Shown: piece after piece, positions 54,043 to 62,723 of the stretch | Layout of the letters: every line of letters begins with the position of its first letter | Position numbering within the stretch: position 1 is the stretch's first letter | Assembly (NCBI GenBank): GCA_051715345.1 | Contig: JBPXJQ010000003.1 | Span: 1,261-65,260 of the forward strand | From: Candidatus Blackallbacteria bacterium | Lineage (GTDB): Bacteria; Cyanobacteriota; Sericytochromatia; UBA7694 | Length of the DNA stretch: 64,000 nucleotides | Direction: 5' to 3' | Program-made: the position numbers and the translations under genes | Notes under the pieces: model-generated | The model's database searches: none | The model's input: only the letters and a program-made list of their open reading frames with translations | What the model was told of the DNA's origin: nothing

Positions 54043-55491
54043 CTATTGCCCGTCTTGCCCACTCAGGCCTTTCCCCTGCTCAGGCTTTAACTCGCTCTCA
54101 GGCGCTTTGTAAACGGTGCTGACCGTGCCGCCGGGCGTAATCTTGCGAATGGCATGGTTGCCCGTGTCTGCCACATAGAGATTGCCTACACCGTCCAAAC
54201 TGAGGGCCGTGGGCAGATAAAAGCTGGCTGCTCTGCCCTGCCCGTCTTGATAGCCCTTTTGGCCGGAGCCCGCCAAGACAGTCAGGCTGCCTTCGCTGTG
54301 ATCGGGTTTAAGGCGAATGACCCAGATCTGGTGGTTTTTGACGTCGCTTAGGTAAAAAAGGTCAGCGGAGGCGGCTCTCAGCTCGTAAAGTTGAATAAGG
54401 GGGGGGCGTTGCGTAAAAGTAAAAGGAATTTTGATTGGCAATTTGCTCTTAGATAATTCGCTTTCCTGAAGTTCAAACAATCCTTTTACTGTAAAGGTAT
54501 TGTGGTTTTTGAGGATATCTTGATAAGTTTGGGGTTGTCCTATTTCTATCCCATTTTCGGACCAAAGCCGATAGGCTTTTCCTCCTACAAAAGTGTAGAG
54601 AGGTTGTTGAGAAGACAATTCAAACCCCATTAAAGCGATTAAATCTTGAGATTTACCCGAATGGACATCCAGTTTCCGCAAGCGATAATCACTGGCTGAA
54701 GAGCCTGCGTATAAATGAAAGTACAATTGCCCCAATCGTAATTGCAAGCCATAAGGAGGTGGAAAAGTGTGCTTGGCTTTGGGAGCACAACAGCCCAAGG
54801 GATCTCCTGCCTCTGAAATTTCATTATTCGTTAAAATGCTTGTAAATTTAAGTGCTGAATTCAGCTTTTCAATTTTGTTCTGATGGAGATTCACTAAATA
54901 AAGTTGATCAAAACTATCTATCTCTAAGTCATACCCCATCATGCAGCTTTTTTCTTGGTGTGATTCATTAAGAATTTGTTCAGCTTTGCCATTTTGAATG
55001 CGAAACAATAATTGACGTTTTAAAGCCTGTGGAAACGCTGGTTCAGAAAAAGCACAGTTGGGCAGAATATCAACTAAAAAAATCCCGTTGTTTATTGTGC
55101 GATTGCAGCCGGAATTGATAGCGTAAATTGTGTTTCCATCAACAGTTACTGCAACATCTGTTGGGTATTTTAAGATAGGTGATTTTGGCAAAGGTTCGCA
55201 ATAATAATTTTGATAACCGAGGGGATCGGGAATCTTGAGATCCACATAATCGGGAGGAGGAATCACCGGGGGATAATGCGGGGGCTGAGTATAAGCAGGG
55301 GTTGGAACAGCAGATACCCAAGGAGTGGGAGAGGGATCTGGGTAATTGTTGTACAGCACCTGCGGGCGTTCTGTGACTCGGGGTGCTGGGCTGGGCTGTT
55401 GAGATGTTTGGCTCAAAGGTTGGCAGGCAAAGAGCAAAAAAGCAGCCAGCCAACCACACCGTATTTCTTTCCACGTGTATTGCATCATCAT
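54043..55491 (-). CDS. Lipoprotein with a Pro-rich linker, a low-GC central domain and C-terminal NHL repeat(s)
   Basis: Lipobox LLFAC. Pro-rich stretch. C-terminal NHL-like segments GQGRAASFYLPTALSLDGVGNLYVADTGNHAIRKI. Confidence 0.7.
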   Translation of the reverse strand: MMMQYTWKEIRCGWLAAFLLFACQPLSQTSQQPSPAPRVTERPQVLYNNYPDPSPTPWVSAVPTPAYTQPPHYPPVIPPPDYVDLKIPDPLGYQNYYCEPLPKSPILKYPTDVAVTVDGNTIYAINSGCNRTINNGIFLVDILPNCAFSEPAFPQALKRQLLFRIQNGKAEQILNESHQEKSCMMGYDLEIDSFDQLYLVNLHQNKIEKLNSALKFTSILTNNEISEAGDPLGCCAPKAKHTFPPPYGLQLRLGQLYFHLYAGSSASDYRLRKLDVHSGKSQDLIALMGFELSSQQPLYTFVGGKAYRLWSENGIEIGQPQTYQDILKNHNTFTVKGLFELQESELSKSKLPIKIPFTFTQRPPLIQLYELRAASADLFYLSDVKNHQIWVIRLKPDHSEGSLTVLAGSGQKGYQDGQGRAASFYLPTALSLDGVGNLYVADTGNHAIRKITPGGTVSTVYKAPESELKPEQGKGLSGQDGQ

Positions 55492-55690
55492 AGCCCTATT
55501 TTTATCAAAATGCTGCTCTGATACTAAACCGACAACATAAAAACGTCAACAAAAAACCAACAAATTGGCTGCTGCGGCAGAAATTCGGCACAGAATCCGT
55601 TCATTCCAGAAAGATGTGCGCAGGCTTTACACCCACAGCCTTGAAGTGCTTGAATGAGAGAGAAGTTCAAAACAAGGAAATCAAGCCTGC

Positions 55691-57184
55691 ATGTCTGAGA
55701 TTCACGCCCGATTGCCGCACCATGGAACCCCTGTGGGGGGTGCGTTCACACCGCTCAAGCCCTCTGCACCAGTAGAAACAGTCAGCAGTCCGGCAACAAA
55801 CCCAGATCGCATCACTCTCAAAGCAGGTGATCAGGCCCCATTGAAACCCAATGGCAACCCCCTGCCCGCCACACTTAAGCTGATTCAAGACAGCCCCACT
55901 TCGCTCTCAGAAAAAATCCGCAATACGGTCACGCCGCCCCCCGCCTGGGGCAGCACCTCTCAGGTCCAGGGCACCCTGCGCGATCTGCACGATGTGCAAG
56001 GCAACCGCGATGGGCTCTGGGACAACGAAAGCAAGCCCGCAGGCAGTGTCGGTGGCTTTGTGAAACAACAGCCCCTGCCCAGCAAAGCCCAAAATTGGGC
56101 CAGTGGCCTGGGAGATTTAGACAGTCAGATTCAAGCCTTGCAAGCCTTTCGCACAGAAAAGGAAGCCGCTTGGGGCCAGCCCGTGACCCAACTCGATTTG
56201 GCCCAGCTCAAAGACGGCAAGCTCTTTGCCGCCCAAAAGGCGATTGCCTTGGTGCGTTTGGGCCGTACCCCCGCAGAGCTGACTGAAGGTTTTGTCTCAG
56301 CCAAGGGCCAGGTCAATGGCGTTAAAATTGCCGATCGTGAGCTGTTTTGGCAGCGCTTTCATCCCCAGGGTGAGCCCACAGGCAAGGTGATTGTGATGCT
56401 GCCGGGCTTTTTGCAGACCGGACGCAACTTTTACGAACAGGCCGACGCCTTGAGCAAAGCGGGGCACGATGTGCTGATCATGGACCAGCAATGGGGCGGT
56501 CAGACCAAAGGGGGCGAAGCGGGCCACGTCGATCGCGGCTATGGCATTACCCGCGATGTGGCGGCCATGGCGGCCTACGCCCAGACCCACCGCGAAAAAA
56601 CCTATCCAGGCAAAGCGGGCGCAGAAGTGATCCTGATGGGCACCAGCCTCGGCGGTGGCCCTGGCACCTTTGCAGCGTTAACGCTGAACGAACAGAACTT
56701 GATTGCCTTGGAAGGCCCTGCCATGCCCAAAGGCCTGAAAGCGGTCCTGCAAGGGCCCTTCTTTGGGCCCAGCGATAACTTTTTAAATGACAGCTTTGGC
56801 CTCTTGAGCAAAGTGCCCCTGGTCAAAGACATTCCCCTGCCTTCATTGGGTTTGCCGATTCTGAGCACCGACCCCGAGGCCAAACAAAAAATCGCCCAGG
56901 GCGCCGTGCTCGAAGATCTGCGGGCCCAGGCCCAGGCCATGACCGCCACCTTGCCAGATATGCAGGCCGTGTTGGATAAAGTTGAAGCAGGCCAAGGCCC
57001 CAGCAACCAAATCCAGATTGTGCACAGCAAGGGCGACCCGCTGGCCAACAGCGCCTTGAGCCAGAAACTGGCGCAAAAACTGCCCAATGTGAAATTGACG
57101 CTTTTAGAAGGCCAAAACCACGTTTTGGAGCAAAGTGACGCCGAACAAAAAGTGGCCTTGGATTTGCTCAAGAAACTCAACTAA
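55691..57184 (+). CDS. Alpha/beta hydrolase with a long disordered N-terminal region
   Basis: Core VIVMLPGFLQTGRNFY, nucleophile elbow GTSLGG (GxSxG), late HSKGDP. The preceding 200 aa or so are Pro/Gly/Ser-rich. Confidence 0.7.
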   Translation: MSEIHARLPHHGTPVGGAFTPLKPSAPVETVSSPATNPDRITLKAGDQAPLKPNGNPLPATLKLIQDSPTSLSEKIRNTVTPPPAWGSTSQVQGTLRDLHDVQGNRDGLWDNESKPAGSVGGFVKQQPLPSKAQNWASGLGDLDSQIQALQAFRTEKEAAWGQPVTQLDLAQLKDGKLFAAQKAIALVRLGRTPAELTEGFVSAKGQVNGVKIADRELFWQRFHPQGEPTGKVIVMLPGFLQTGRNFYEQADALSKAGHDVLIMDQQWGGQTKGGEAGHVDRGYGITRDVAAMAAYAQTHREKTYPGKAGAEVILMGTSLGGGPGTFAALTLNEQNLIALEGPAMPKGLKAVLQGPFFGPSDNFLNDSFGLLSKVPLVKDIPLPSLGLPILSTDPEAKQKIAQGAVLEDLRAQAQAMTATLPDMQAVLDKVEAGQGPSNQIQIVHSKGDPLANSALSQKLAQKLPNVKLTLLEGQNHVLEQSDAEQKVALDLLKKLN

Positions 57185-57208
57185 ACCTGAAAGCCGCATC
57201 CAGCACAG

Positions 57209-59338
57209 ATGTCCCTCTCAGCACACTTGGCCCAGGCCATGCAATTACACGTCGGGGGACAAGTCGCACAGGCCCTGTCGCTTTACCAGTTTTTGCTACA
57301 GACCGAACCAGAGGCCCGGCAGCTTCCCCAACTTTGGTGGGGCTTGGCGCTCTTGGCCTGGCAAGCGGGAGAAGGGCGGCGGGCCGAGGGCTTTTTTCAG
57401 CAGGCTTGGCAATACGCGGCCCCCAGCTTGCCACTGCCCAATGCCAGCGAATTTGGGGCATTTCCCAGAGATTACCAGCAGCTGGTGCTGAGCTTTGTCT
57501 TGGCCCTGATCGCCGCCTGGCAGGCCAGCCCTGCCCGTGCTTTGGCCCATCAATTGGCGCAGAGACTCTGCAGCTACCCGCCGACTCATGCTGAACAGAG
57601 CTGCATTCTGGCCTCACTTCTGCATGCGCTGGGCGAACACGCCCAAGCCCTACAAACCTGCCGCCAATCACTTGAGATCAGCCCTTCGGCCCAGGCCTGG
57701 TTTGTACTGGCGCAATTGCGCTTTTCGCTCGGCGATGCCAGCGGGGGCAGCGAAGCCTGTCGCTTGGCCCTCGATCTCGATCCCTTGCACAGCGAGGCCC
57801 GCACCCTCTTGGCCCATGCGCTGCTCGAAAGCCACCAATTGGAAGCCGCCCTGGACCAGTATGAGACCGTGCTGGCCCAAAAGCCCGACTTTGCAGCGCT
57901 GCACTTTCATTTGGGGCGAATGTACCAGTCGCTGGGCGCATTGCCCGAGGCGCAAAGACATTACCACCGCGCCACAGAGCAAGCCCCCAACCTACTCTGG
58001 GAGCTGCAGTCTCGTTTGTGTTATGCACCCCTGCCCGCATCCCAAGCGGCGCTTCAGAAGAGCTTAGCGGGCCTGGAAAGCAGTCTGAATCAGCCCCAGG
58101 TCGCGATTGAATTGGCCCCGCTGCAAGCCCAATTGGCCCAGACCAATCTCGACACCCTCTTTGATCTCAATTATCTCTGTGAAGATCCCCTGCCGCTCAA
58201 ACGGCGCTTTGGGCAATTGTTTGAATATGAGGCCGGCCCCGCAGCCCACTCAAAGCCTGCCTTCACCCCCACTGAACCTGCGCGCCCGCTCAAAATGGGG
58301 GTCTTGATCAGCCCCAAACATGAAGGGGTCTTTGCCTTTGTCAGCGGGCAGCTCTTGGCCCAATTGGACCCCACTGACATTGAAGTCACGCTGCTAATCT
58401 GGCCCGCCTCAGAGGCGATTTGCGCCCAGCTCTTGCCCAGTTTGCCCCGGCAGATCCTCAGTGCCGACTGGGCCCAGAGCGTGGCAAGTGTACAGGCCAA
58501 ACGCTTTGACCTGGTCTATTTTTGGGAGGTGGGCACCGACCCACTCAATTATTTTTTGCCGTATTTCCGCCTGGGTAAAATCCAGTGGACCTCCTGGGGC
58601 AGTGGGGGCAGCACCGGCCATCCCCAGATCGACGCCTTTCTCTCGACCCAAAACCTCGAAGGGCCTCAGCCCGAAAGCCGCTACAGCGAAAAGCTCTACC
58701 AAATGCAAGCGCTGCCCCTGTGGTACGAGCCCCGGCATTTGCCCGCATCCAATCTGAGCCGAAGCCAACTCGGCCTTCCTGAAGACGCCGTTTTAGCGCT
58801 CTGCCCCCACAATTTGCTCAAATTGCACCCCCATTTTGACGCCATTTTGGCCGAGATCTGCAGGCAGAACCCCGAATTAAAGCTGGTCTTGGTCCACAGC
58901 CGCAACCCGGTCTGGAACCGGCAAATAGACACCCGCCTGAAACAAAACATCGCCCCCGAACAATTGATCTTTTTACAGCGCCTGCCCGCCCCCGACTTTT
59001 TGGCGCTTTTGCAAGTGGGGGATTTTGCCCTTGATCCCTGGCCCTATGGCGCAGGCAAACTGGCCTTTGAAATGTTGGGGCTGGGGCTGCCCCTTTTAAC
59101 CCGGCCCAGTAAAATGCTCAAAGGCCGCATCCCCACAGCCCTTTACCAGGTCTTGGAAATGCCTGAACTGCTGGCCCGCTCTGAGCAAGACTATCTGGAT
59201 AAAGCCCATCGTTTGGCCAGAGATCGCAGCTATCGCGAAGCACTCAAAGCAACACTCCAAGAGAGGCGCAGCCGTCTATTTGCCAATCAAGCAGCAGTGG
59301 TTGAATTGACCCAGGTGCTCAAGCAGATGGCGCAGTAG
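57209..59338 (+). CDS. TPR-repeat protein with C-terminal GT41 (SPINDLY/OGT-like) glycosyltransferase domain
   Basis: N-terminal TPRs. C-terminal GT41-like blocks (FDLVYFWEVGTDPLNYFLPYFRLGKIQWTSWGSGGSTGHPQIDAFLS, YSEKLYQM, DFALDPWPYGAGKLAFEMLGLGLPLLT). Confidence 0.75.
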   Translation: MSLSAHLAQAMQLHVGGQVAQALSLYQFLLQTEPEARQLPQLWWGLALLAWQAGEGRRAEGFFQQAWQYAAPSLPLPNASEFGAFPRDYQQLVLSFVLALIAAWQASPARALAHQLAQRLCSYPPTHAEQSCILASLLHALGEHAQALQTCRQSLEISPSAQAWFVLAQLRFSLGDASGGSEACRLALDLDPLHSEARTLLAHALLESHQLEAALDQYETVLAQKPDFAALHFHLGRMYQSLGALPEAQRHYHRATEQAPNLLWELQSRLCYAPLPASQAALQKSLAGLESSLNQPQVAIELAPLQAQLAQTNLDTLFDLNYLCEDPLPLKRRFGQLFEYEAGPAAHSKPAFTPTEPARPLKMGVLISPKHEGVFAFVSGQLLAQLDPTDIEVTLLIWPASEAICAQLLPSLPRQILSADWAQSVASVQAKRFDLVYFWEVGTDPLNYFLPYFRLGKIQWTSWGSGGSTGHPQIDAFLSTQNLEGPQPESRYSEKLYQMQALPLWYEPRHLPASNLSRSQLGLPEDAVLALCPHNLLKLHPHFDAILAEICRQNPELKLVLVHSRNPVWNRQIDTRLKQNIAPEQLIFLQRLPAPDFLALLQVGDFALDPWPYGAGKLAFEMLGLGLPLLTRPSKMLKGRIPTALYQVLEMPELLARSEQDYLDKAHRLARDRSYREALKATLQERRSRLFANQAAVVELTQVLKQMAQ

Positions 59339-59341
59339 GGC

Positions 59342-60562
59342 TTATTCGCCAGCGGGCAATTGGGTGTCGTTGCCGCTCTCGGTGCTGCTGCAAATGCGGT
59401 TGTCATATGGGGGCACGCGGTTGGTAAGAGAGGCCTTTTTTAAACGCTCAAATTCGGCTTGGTAAAATTGGGCCACTTTGGGTGAGCGAATCAGCAGGGT
59501 GTTTTCGTTGTTGTTGTTTTCGGCATTTTTGGAAAAATTATACGAGCCCGTGATCACCAATTGGTCGTCGATAATAATCACCTTGCTGTGCAAAAGAGCC
59601 TGGTTGCCATCGATCATGACGGGAATATTTTTGGTCAAGAGCTGTTGGTAGACCGAATACTGGCTGATCATGCAGCCATCAAAAATGCCTTCCACTTTTA
59701 CACCAGCGCGGTGTTTGTCGATCAACATTTTCTGAATATCTTCATCGGTGATCGAAAAAGCCATAAAGCGAATGCGTTTGCGGGCTTTGCCCAGGGCCTC
59801 CATAATCGCGGGTTTGGTGCCGCCTTTGGGCGAGAAAAAGGTCTGAATCACAGCGCCATCGACCTGCACCACAGGGAAGGGAATTTCGTGGGGATTCGGT
59901 CCACGTACTTCTTTGACATAGAGACGGTCAAACTCGGCTTGGTAATTGGCTGCCAATTGTTTGGAGGTAATTTTGAGGGAGTTGTTGTTGTCGCGGTACA
60001 TCGAATAGGGCGTGAGATTGAGCGAACCCGTGACCACGTGTTCGCCGTCGATAATCATGAATTTATTGTGCATAAAGGCCGTGCGGTTATCGCCTTTGAT
60101 GCCGATCCCGGCTTTTTTCATGGCGGCGTGCAGGGGTTTGAGGGGGCCGCTGCGGCCTTTGGCATACATATTGTCGCTGTCGGTCATGATCCGCACTTTC
60201 ACGCCCCGTTTGCGGGCGGCGATCAGGGCTTCACCGGCAGAGGGTTCTTCGATGTCAAAGATCGCGACATCAATGGTATTTTTGGCTTCAGCAATCAGTT
60301 TGACAAAGATTTTATCTGGGTTTTGGGGGTCTTGGTGGCCCGCCACTTCGTTATCGGCATAAAGGGCCTGGTAGGCATTGTTGAATTTGACGGCCAGATC
60401 GCCGTGGTAGAGGGCGTCGAAGGCACCCAGCGCAATTGGGGAGCGGTTGGGCATCAGGGCTTGCTGGAAAGGCATGGGAGCGGCAGAGCAGGCAGTCAAC
60501 GAGCCGAGCGCCAAGACGCTGGCCAGAAGACCCTTTAAAATCGTGGTTGTTTTGAAAGACAT
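59342..60562 (-). CDS. Phospholipase D-superfamily lipoprotein (two HKD motifs)
   Basis: Lipobox LTAC. HKD motifs HNKFMIIDGEHVVTGSLN and HSKVIIIDDQLVITGSYN. Confidence 0.85.
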   Translation of the reverse strand: MSFKTTTILKGLLASVLALGSLTACSAAPMPFQQALMPNRSPIALGAFDALYHGDLAVKFNNAYQALYADNEVAGHQDPQNPDKIFVKLIAEAKNTIDVAIFDIEEPSAGEALIAARKRGVKVRIMTDSDNMYAKGRSGPLKPLHAAMKKAGIGIKGDNRTAFMHNKFMIIDGEHVVTGSLNLTPYSMYRDNNNSLKITSKQLAANYQAEFDRLYVKEVRGPNPHEIPFPVVQVDGAVIQTFFSPKGGTKPAIMEALGKARKRIRFMAFSITDEDIQKMLIDKHRAGVKVEGIFDGCMISQYSVYQQLLTKNIPVMIDGNQALLHSKVIIIDDQLVITGSYNFSKNAENNNNENTLLIRSPKVAQFYQAEFERLKKASLTNRVPPYDNRICSSTESGNDTQLPAGE

Positions 60563-60686
60563 GCCAAAAACCTCTCTACGCGCTTTATCCCTGTTATTTA
60601 GTACATCCGAGGTTGAGAGGCAAAGCTTGCGGGAGTTAAAGGATAATTAACCTGGGTTTTAATTGAAAATAATCTTATTGGAGTGT

Positions 60687-60710
60687 TCCCTTCGACTCCG
60701 CTCAGGGAGC
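60687..60710. repeat. Copy 2 of the 24-nt dispersed hairpin repeat
   Basis: Identical to 43257-43280. It is embedded in a larger imperfect inverted repeat, CCTTCGACTCCGC (60689-60701) / GCGGAGCCGAAGG (60736-60748). Confidence 0.85.
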
Positions 60711-60994
60711 GCTGGAAAAACACAACAGGAGCGTCGCGGAGCCGAAGGACATTGCCCAGACCAGGCCGATCCGTCTTTGCTCTTATGTGGAGTGAGAAGA
60801 CGTCCTTCTCTGTGCTTTTGTTCATTCTGCATGTGAATTCTCTCCCGAATGGAATAAATATCTGTGGCCCACAATTGGTTTCAATTGGTTATTAATTGGG
60901 AATGAAAGATGTTGGTCGCTACAATAATGTTTTGGAGGTATGTGCTGGACTATGAAACGACGATATTCCCCATTTGACAGTTACAACCTGTCTT

Positions 60995-62716
60995 ATGAAT
61001 GAAAATGATATTGAACCCCTCGTGATTGAACTTGTTATCGAATGTCAGATTACAATAATTGAAAACGAACTTGCGCTAAAAACTGAGGAAGAGAGATTAC
61101 AATGGGAGGAAGAGTGCTTTAATTCCTTATTAAAACGCTTAAAATCAAGCAAATCTTCCGATCGAGAAGATGCTTTAATTAATCTGAGCTATACACGAAA
61201 TCAAAAACTAATCGAGCCCCTCCTTGCGTCCGTCCAAGATGCATCTCCATCCATCCAAGCAAAGTCACTTAAGCTACTGGGTTACCAAAATCAAGCAGAG
61301 CATATACCGATTATCCTTAAATATGTAAACAACCTCAATTGGATAGTTCGCAAAGGGGCTCTTCAAGCCCTAAATGAATACAACGATTTAGACTTATTGG
61401 AACATTTTATAAAATCTTTGAATGATATTCATCCTGAAGTGCGTATTTGCGCAATAGAATGTTTGAGCAAAAAAAACGCTAAAAAGGCCCTTGATTGGGG
61501 GCTTATTATGAACAAAGATTCAAATAATGCTGTCCGCAATACAGCTCTTAGGGTTTTAGGAAAAAGCTGTTACGAATTGAATTTAGCCTCGATAATAGCA
61601 CAACGTCTAGCAAAAGACTCAGCAATTCAAAGTACACTGCCTGAATATCTCAGCAATAATAAAATTGAATCCACCCTGGATACTTTATTAGAGGCCAGCC
61701 AAGATACCGATCTAAAAATCCGACAAGCTGCATTTGAAGCATTGAAATACATACCAGATCCTCGCTCAATTGATTTGCTGATAACAGCCCTAGAAAAAGA
61801 TCTTGAGCCAAATCGTTCTGCAGCAGCAATCAGCCTATACTCAATCGCAAAAGCTCTTGGGTTACTTTCTCAACAACGGGTTGTAAATGCCTTTCAAAAA
61901 GCACTGAAAGACAAAAACTATAATGTTTATCATTCTGCAATCTACGCCCTGATTGAAAGTCGGGAAATCGACGCTATCATCATTGCCTTACAATCACCAA
62001 ATGTGGATTTGCGCAGAATTGCAGTGAGATCTCTGAGAAAATTTCAAGGCCCAAAAGTAGTTGAAGCCTTGATCAAAGCCCTAAAAGACCAAGATAAATT
62101 CGTACCGAAATGGGCAGCACATGCTTTGGGGGTTCTTCATGCCAACAATGCAGTGGGTCCATTGATACACATATATAAAACAAAGGACCCCGAGACTCAA
62201 AATCACATACTCAAAGCATTAAGATTAATTGGAGATCATTCTGTCATTCCATTTTTACTTTCGGTGGCGCAAGAGTTGAGTCCAGAATTAAAAGCCTCCG
62301 CCTTGAGAGCGTTGGTTCATTTTAAAACACCCCAAGCTGCTGAAATATTTCTCCTGAGTTATCAAAACCAAAATACGGAAATACGGAAATTGGCAATTAA
62401 GGGACTGAGAAAATTAAAATTACCATTAGCAGTACCCGTATTGATATCAGCATTAAACGATGTTGATGTCATGATCCGAGCCGAGGCTGCTAAGGGATTG
62501 GGTATTTTAAAGGATCATCGTTCAATTGAACCTCTTATACTCAGTTTGAACGATGAATCTCGAATCGTCAGTTCAGCCGCAGCCAAAGCACTGATAAAAA
62601 TGAAAGCCACAGAAGGAAAAGAATCTCTTATTAGAACGCTAGAAACAGGCCTTCCTCATGCGCGTATTTTAGCTGCCGATTTAATCGGTAAACTAAAATT
62701 GACCTTTTCCCAATAA
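60995..62716 (+). CDS. HEAT-repeat (PBS-lyase HEAT-like) protein, strongly low-GC
   Basis: About 15 repeats of roughly 31 aa of the type D..VR..A..ALG.....A...L (for example DVDVMIRAEAAKGLGILKDHRSIEPLILSLND). Line 61021-61080 has 20 G+C of 60 by hand count. ATG 60995 or TTG 60974; no clear RBS. Confidence 0.75.
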   Translation: MNENDIEPLVIELVIECQITIIENELALKTEEERLQWEEECFNSLLKRLKSSKSSDREDALINLSYTRNQKLIEPLLASVQDASPSIQAKSLKLLGYQNQAEHIPIILKYVNNLNWIVRKGALQALNEYNDLDLLEHFIKSLNDIHPEVRICAIECLSKKNAKKALDWGLIMNKDSNNAVRNTALRVLGKSCYELNLASIIAQRLAKDSAIQSTLPEYLSNNKIESTLDTLLEASQDTDLKIRQAAFEALKYIPDPRSIDLLITALEKDLEPNRSAAAISLYSIAKALGLLSQQRVVNAFQKALKDKNYNVYHSAIYALIESREIDAIIIALQSPNVDLRRIAVRSLRKFQGPKVVEALIKALKDQDKFVPKWAAHALGVLHANNAVGPLIHIYKTKDPETQNHILKALRLIGDHSVIPFLLSVAQELSPELKASALRALVHFKTPQAAEIFLLSYQNQNTEIRKLAIKGLRKLKLPLAVPVLISALNDVDVMIRAEAAKGLGILKDHRSIEPLILSLNDESRIVSSAAAKALIKMKATEGKESLIRTLETGLPHARILAADLIGKLKLTFSQ

Positions 62717-62723
62717 CTCTGAT

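Noticed and set aside
59561-60538. 325-aa plus-strand ORF
   Set aside because: It is antisense to the PLD-family gene, which has two perfect HKD motifs and a lipobox. The antisense product has no motif.
60563-62716. Annotating the low-GC island as a mobile element or prophage remnant
   Set aside because: No integrase, transposase, terminal inverted repeats or target-site duplication could be identified. The two 24-nt repeat copies do not flank it, because the partner copy is 17 kb away.
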